Source: an uncultured bacterium
GTDB lineage: Bacteria > Planctomycetota > UBA1135 > GCA-002686595
DNA: 64,000 nt
Reading direction: 5' to 3'
Assembly (NCBI GenBank): GCA_943787795.1
Contig: CALSNU010000001.1
Location: 1,312,001-1,376,000, forward strand
The notes below the pieces were generated by a model. That model saw nothing but the letters and a program-made list of their open reading frames with translations, had not been told where the DNA came from and did not search any database. Positions 59,714 through 64,000 of the stretch are shown piece by piece (position 1 is the first letter of the stretch; each line of letters begins with the position of its first letter). Position numbers and translations under genes: made by a program.

Positions 59714-61942
59714 GTGAGCGACCAACCCCAACCCGAGCCGGCGCCCCCCTCGGCGCTCGAACTCCTCCAGGAGAGGGTGGTGCCCGCCGTCGTGGCGTTC
59801 GCGCTCGTCGGCCTCGTGGACGGGGCGGTCCGGGTGCTCGGGGTGGACCCGGGGCTGTTCCTGCTCCAGGTCCAGCACTTCGGCTTCATGGAGGCCCTGG
59901 GCATGGGGGCCCCGGCGTGGGGCCAGGTGCCCCTCCGCCTCCTGTCCCTCTGCCAGGCCGTCTTCCAGTACGGCGTCGCCGGCCTCCTGCTTGGCCTCCT
60001 GCTCGGAGCGTGGACCGCGGGCGTACGACCGCTCTTCGGGCTCCCCAGGCTCGAGGGCGCCGCGGGCACGCGGCGCACCTTCTCGCTGGTGCTCGGCGGC
60101 TGGCTCGCGGTGGCGCTCTACTGGTGGACGCGGTCGGTCGTCTACTCGGGGCTCCCCGCGACCGACCCCCGGCGCCTCGGCGCGGCCGGGCTGATCCTCG
60201 TGGTCGGTCTTGTGCTCGGCGCTGCGCTCGTGCGATTCACCCCGGTGGCCCGCCTGCGCCGGATGCGGTTCCTGCTGGCCCTGATGGCGGCAGTGGGAGC
60301 CGGATGGGGCGCCGTCCACTGGGGCAGGGCTGAGGATCGCGGCCGGATCCAGGGTGCCAACGAGGGGGTGCCCAACGTGCTGCTCGTGGTGGTGGACGCC
60401 CTGCGCCAGGACACGCTGGGGCCCTATGGCGATAGCGAGGTGCACACCCCGAGCTTCGACCGGCTTGCAGCGGAGGGCGTGACGTTCATGGACGCGCGCA
60501 CCCAGGCGCCCTTCACCTGGCCGAGCTTCGGCTCCTTCCTCACGGGCAAGGTGCCGCGCCGCCACGGGCTGATTCGCATGGAGCCAGGGCTGAGGATGCC
60601 CGTGAATGCGACCCTGCCGATCCTCCTGAAGGATGCGGTCACCTCGGGCGGTGAGCCGCTGGAGGAAGAGGACTGGATCGCCGGCGCCTTCATGACCGGC
60701 ACCCTCTCCCACGGCTCTGGATTGCTCGGGGGCTTCGACGCCTACTTGGAGGCGTTGGTTGGGCACGACCTCGTGGACGTGCATGACGACTGGAGCGAGT
60801 TCCGCTCGGGGCTCCTTCCCTGGTTGGTCTTCAACAAGCTGAGCCAGAAGGCGGACCGGCACCTGGTGACCACCACGGCGGAGGCGTGGCTGCGGGAGCA
60901 CGCGGACCGGCGCTTCATGGCGATGGTGCACCTGTACTCGACGCACACGCCCTACGACCCGGCGCCCGAGTTCCGGGAGCGGCACCTGGACCCTGCCTAC
61001 GACGGACCCATCTCTGCCTTCTACGCGGCCCAGCGCGAGGCGATCGAGGAGGGAAAGTACACGTTGACCGAGGCGGACGAGCTCCGTATCCGCCGCCTCT
61101 ACCTCGCGGGCGTGGAGCAAGCCGACCGGATGATCGGGCGCCTGATCGAGACGCTGGAGGCGACGGGCACCCTGGACAAGACCGTGGTGATCGTCACCTC
61201 GGACCACGGGGAGTCCCTGGGCGAGCACGGGCTCTGGGAACACAACTGGATGTACGAGGACAACCTGCGCGTGCCGCTCCTCATCCGCTATCCCGCCGGA
61301 TTGCCGCGGGGCGTCCGGGTCGAGGGCCTCGTGGACACCATCGACCTCCTGCCCACGATCTTCGACCTCGCCGGGTTGGAGGCGCTGGAGCACGCGGACG
61401 ACGCCGAGGCGGCGTTGGGCGTCGACCGGCTGAGCCAGCAGGCGCCACCTGGTGCGCCGGGCGGCGTCGAGGAGATCGACAGGGACGCCATCTTGCGGAG
61501 CCGCCGCCTCTGGGACGCCATCGACGGTCGCTCACTGGTCCCGCTGGTTCGGGGCGAGGCGGGACCGCCTCGGCCCGTGGCCTTCGCGGAGAACGGGCGC
61601 TACTTGTCGGCCCAAGATGAGCGCTGGAAGCTGATCGTCCGTCGGGAACTGGTACGCGATATGTCACTCGAGGACCTGCTGCGCGAGCCGGAGCTGCCGC
61701 GCCTCTTCGACCTCGAGCAGGACCCCCTGGAGCTCGCGGGGCGCTTCGACGCCGCAGACCCCGAGGCCATGGCCGCGGCTGGGATGCTCTTCCAGGCCCT
61801 CCGCGAGCACAGCGCGCGCCTCCCCATCCGGGAGAGCCAGGTTGTTCGGGGCAAGCGGGACCTGCGGGCCGAGGGGCTCTTCAGGAGCCTGGGCTATGGC
61901 GGCGGCGTAGGCGCGGAGGATGGGGGTGGCGAGGATGACTGA
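59714..61942 (+). CDS. Membrane-anchored sulfatase-like hydrolase/transferase, TxPS type
   Basis: About 5 N-terminal TM helices; PNVLLVVVDALRQD, PFTWPSFGSFLTG, HTPY, TSDHGE, LFDLEQDPLE, RSLGY. Confidence 0.87.
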   Translation: MSDQPQPEPAPPSALELLQERVVPAVVAFALVGLVDGAVRVLGVDPGLFLLQVQHFGFMEALGMGAPAWGQVPLRLLSLCQAVFQYGVAGLLLGLLLGAWTAGVRPLFGLPRLEGAAGTRRTFSLVLGGWLAVALYWWTRSVVYSGLPATDPRRLGAAGLILVVGLVLGAALVRFTPVARLRRMRFLLALMAAVGAGWGAVHWGRAEDRGRIQGANEGVPNVLLVVVDALRQDTLGPYGDSEVHTPSFDRLAAEGVTFMDARTQAPFTWPSFGSFLTGKVPRRHGLIRMEPGLRMPVNATLPILLKDAVTSGGEPLEEEDWIAGAFMTGTLSHGSGLLGGFDAYLEALVGHDLVDVHDDWSEFRSGLLPWLVFNKLSQKADRHLVTTTAEAWLREHADRRFMAMVHLYSTHTPYDPAPEFRERHLDPAYDGPISAFYAAQREAIEEGKYTLTEADELRIRRLYLAGVEQADRMIGRLIETLEATGTLDKTVVIVTSDHGESLGEHGLWEHNWMYEDNLRVPLLIRYPAGLPRGVRVEGLVDTIDLLPTIFDLAGLEALEHADDAEAALGVDRLSQQAPPGAPGGVEEIDRDAILRSRRLWDAIDGRSLVPLVRGEAGPPRPVAFAENGRYLSAQDERWKLIVRRELVRDMSLEDLLREPELPRLFDLEQDPLELAGRFDAADPEAMAAAGMLFQALREHSARLPIRESQVVRGKRDLRAEGLFRSLGYGGGVGAEDGGGEDD

Positions 61943-63161
61943 GCCCGCCTCCCTGGAGCCGCCGTTGATCCTCGCGGCGAACGCCCGCATGCCGTCAGCC
62001 CGGGCGCAGTCCGTGCAGCTGTGTCGGGCGGCCCAGGCCTTCCAAGGGGCTGGCACAGACACCGTGGTGCTCCACGCCGCGAGGCGGGACACCCCACGGG
62101 CGCGGCCGGAGGAGGTCTGGGCGCAGCTCACCACCCTGCCCACCGCCTCGACCTCTGAGGGGGCCGCGATCCCGCCGCGACGGGGGTGGCCGGGGCTGAT
62201 GGCGGCGAGCTGCGTCGACTGGATCGACCTCGTCCCCAGACCCCTCCAGTTCATTCCGGCCCGCCTCCAGGAGTGGAGCTTCGGCCGCTCGGCCGCGCGG
62301 ATCATCCAGTCGAGGTTCCAGGGAGCACGGGTGCTCGCCCGCGACCTCGAGATCGCCGTTCACCTCCTGGGCCGTCCTGGCGTGGCGCTGGAGCTCCACC
62401 GCGTCCCCGGTGGACGCACCCGCCGCCGGTGGCTGCGCCGGTGCGTGGACGGCGGGATGCCCGTGGTCGCCATCAGCGGGGGGGTGCGCGGTGACCTCGA
62501 GGCCCTCGGGGTCCCGCCCGACCGGATCACGGTGGAGCACGACGCCCATGACCCTGCGCTCGTGGACGCGCTCCCGGAGCGGGCCGCAGCCCGCGAGTCC
62601 CTCGGGCTCGACCCTGACGTGGGGGTCGTCCTGTACGCGGGCGGGCTCCTGCGCTGGAAGGGCGTCGACGTCCTCGTGGACGCTGCGCGTCAGGACCTGC
62701 TCGGGGGCGCCACCGTCCTGATCGTGGGGGGGATGGAGGCTGACGTCGCCGCCCTCCGCCAGCGGGCCACGGGGCTCTCGACGGTGCAGGTTCTCGGGCA
62801 CCGGGCCGCCCACGAGATCCCGAGCTTCCTGGCGGCGGCCGACGTCGGAGTGGTGCCGAACCGGCGGACGCCGAGGATCAGCTCCCACCACACCTCACCC
62901 CTCAAGGTCTTCGAGGCCATGGCCGCAGAGCTCCCCCTGGTGGTGAGCGACCTGCCGAGCCTGCGGGACGTGCTGCGCGCCGACGAGGCGGTCTTTGTGG
63001 AGCCCGAGTCGCCCGAGGCGCTCGGGCGAGGCGTCGTGGGGCTGCTCGAGGACGCGGGCGAGCGCCACGCCCTGGCGGCCCGCGCCCACGAGTCGGTGCA
63101 GGCCAACACCTGGGGCGCCCGGGCGAGGCGCATCCTGACCTTCATGGAGCGACTCGCGTGA
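61935..63161 (+). CDS. Glycosyltransferase family 4
   Basis: VLYAGGL..WKGVD, ADVGVVPN, TSPLKVFEAMA. Confidence 0.9.
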   Translation: MTEPASLEPPLILAANARMPSARAQSVQLCRAAQAFQGAGTDTVVLHAARRDTPRARPEEVWAQLTTLPTASTSEGAAIPPRRGWPGLMAASCVDWIDLVPRPLQFIPARLQEWSFGRSAARIIQSRFQGARVLARDLEIAVHLLGRPGVALELHRVPGGRTRRRWLRRCVDGGMPVVAISGGVRGDLEALGVPPDRITVEHDAHDPALVDALPERAAARESLGLDPDVGVVLYAGGLLRWKGVDVLVDAARQDLLGGATVLIVGGMEADVAALRQRATGLSTVQVLGHRAAHEIPSFLAAADVGVVPNRRTPRISSHHTSPLKVFEAMAAELPLVVSDLPSLRDVLRADEAVFVEPESPEALGRGVVGLLEDAGERHALAARAHESVQANTWGARARRILTFMERLA

Positions 63162-64000
63162 AGGTGCTCTTCCTCACGGACTCCCTCTCCGAGCTCGACG
63201 GGGTCGGCCGATACTCGGTCCGCCTGATCGAGGCCCTCGAGCGTCAGCGGCCAGGTCTGGAGGTGCAAGTGCTGCTCGCGCGCAAGCACCGGCCGACCTC
63301 GCCGGAGGTCCCGGGCCGCTGGCAGGTCGACGTGGCGCTACCCCCGGACTACTTCTTCTACATGACGCCGGCGCGCTTCCTGGTCTCGCGGCTCCTCTCC
63401 ACGTGGAAGACCTTCCGCGCGGCCCGCAAGGCGGACCTTGTGCACGCCATCAAGGACTTCCCACACAGTCTCGTGGCGGTGGACGCGGCGCGTCTCGCCG
63501 GCAAGCCCTGCGTCGCCACCGGTCACGGCACCTACACCATCCAGCCGGTCCTTGACGAGCGGCACCGGTCCCGGGCGCTGTCGGCCTACCGGCGCTTCGC
63601 CGCCTTGATCTCGGTGTCGCGCTATACGCGTGAGCGGCTGCTTGGCATCGTGCCGCCCGAGGTCTTGCCGCCGGCGCGGGTGCACGTCATCCCGAACGCC
63701 GTGGACGCCGAGAGCTTTGTGGAGCCCAGGGAGCTTGACGGGCAGCCGTGGCACGGCCGCCGGTTCACCCTGGGGATCGGCGAGCTCAAGGAGCGCAAGG
63801 GCCACCACCTGGCGCTCGAGGCGTGGCTCCGCGTCGCCAGGGACCAGGACGACCTGCACCACTTCATCGTCGGCAACCGCGCGGGTGATCCGTACGAGGA
63901 GCAGCTGCTCGCCATGGCGAGCGACGCGGGGCTCGGGGACCGGGTGCACCTGGTGGGGAACGTCAGCGAGGACCAGAAGATCGACCTCCTGCAGCGCGCG
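63158..64000 (+). CDS. Glycosyltransferase family 4 (3'-truncated by window edge; absent from the ORF track)
   Basis: GTGA overlap; my translation gives MKVLFLTDSL..LDGVGRYS, ISVSRYT, HVIPNAVD, GIGELKERKGH. Confidence 0.88.
   Translation, partial: MKVLFLTDSLSELDGVGRYSVRLIEALERQRPGLEVQVLLARKHRPTSPEVPGRWQVDVALPPDYFFYMTPARFLVSRLLSTWKTFRAARKADLVHAIKDFPHSLVAVDAARLAGKPCVATGHGTYTIQPVLDERHRSRALSAYRRFAALISVSRYTRERLLGIVPPEVLPPARVHVIPNAVDAESFVEPRELDGQPWHGRRFTLGIGELKERKGHHLALEAWLRVARDQDDLHHFIVGNRAGDPYEEQLLAMASDAGLGDRVHLVGNVSEDQKIDLLQRA

Overview
A very GC-rich bacterial chromosomal segment, most likely from Planctomycetota. That assignment is inferred from the DUF1549/DUF1553 + DUF1501 pair, a DUF1570 protein and planctomycete-type cytochromes. 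The first 27 kb is mostly housekeeping: the 3' part of accA, an ECF sigma/anti-sigma pair, a TPR lipoprotein, an NFACT/RqcH gene, ndk, a complete canonical F1Fo operon coupled to aspS, then infC / rpmI-rplT-pheS-pheT followed by DUF2004, a Na+:solute symporter and a B12-binding radical SAM gene. The infC-rpmI junction is interrupted by a secreted protein with four CCxxC (YHS/TRASH-like) repeats and a tandem repeat. From 28 to 39 kb lie a DUF1570 HExxH protein, acs coupled to a pentaheme cytochrome c-PA14 protein and a beta-propeller, DUF4388 and an SDR gene. From 39.5 kb to the end is a surface-glycan locus: a priming transferase, 7 GT4 enzymes, an epimerase, two Thr-type sulfatase-like proteins and an unknown helical protein. 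It is interleaved with DUF1553/DUF1501, truD and DUF5658. I saw no rRNA, tRNA, CRISPR array or mobile element. All calls come from reading motifs by eye; no database searches were run, so novelty is unverified.
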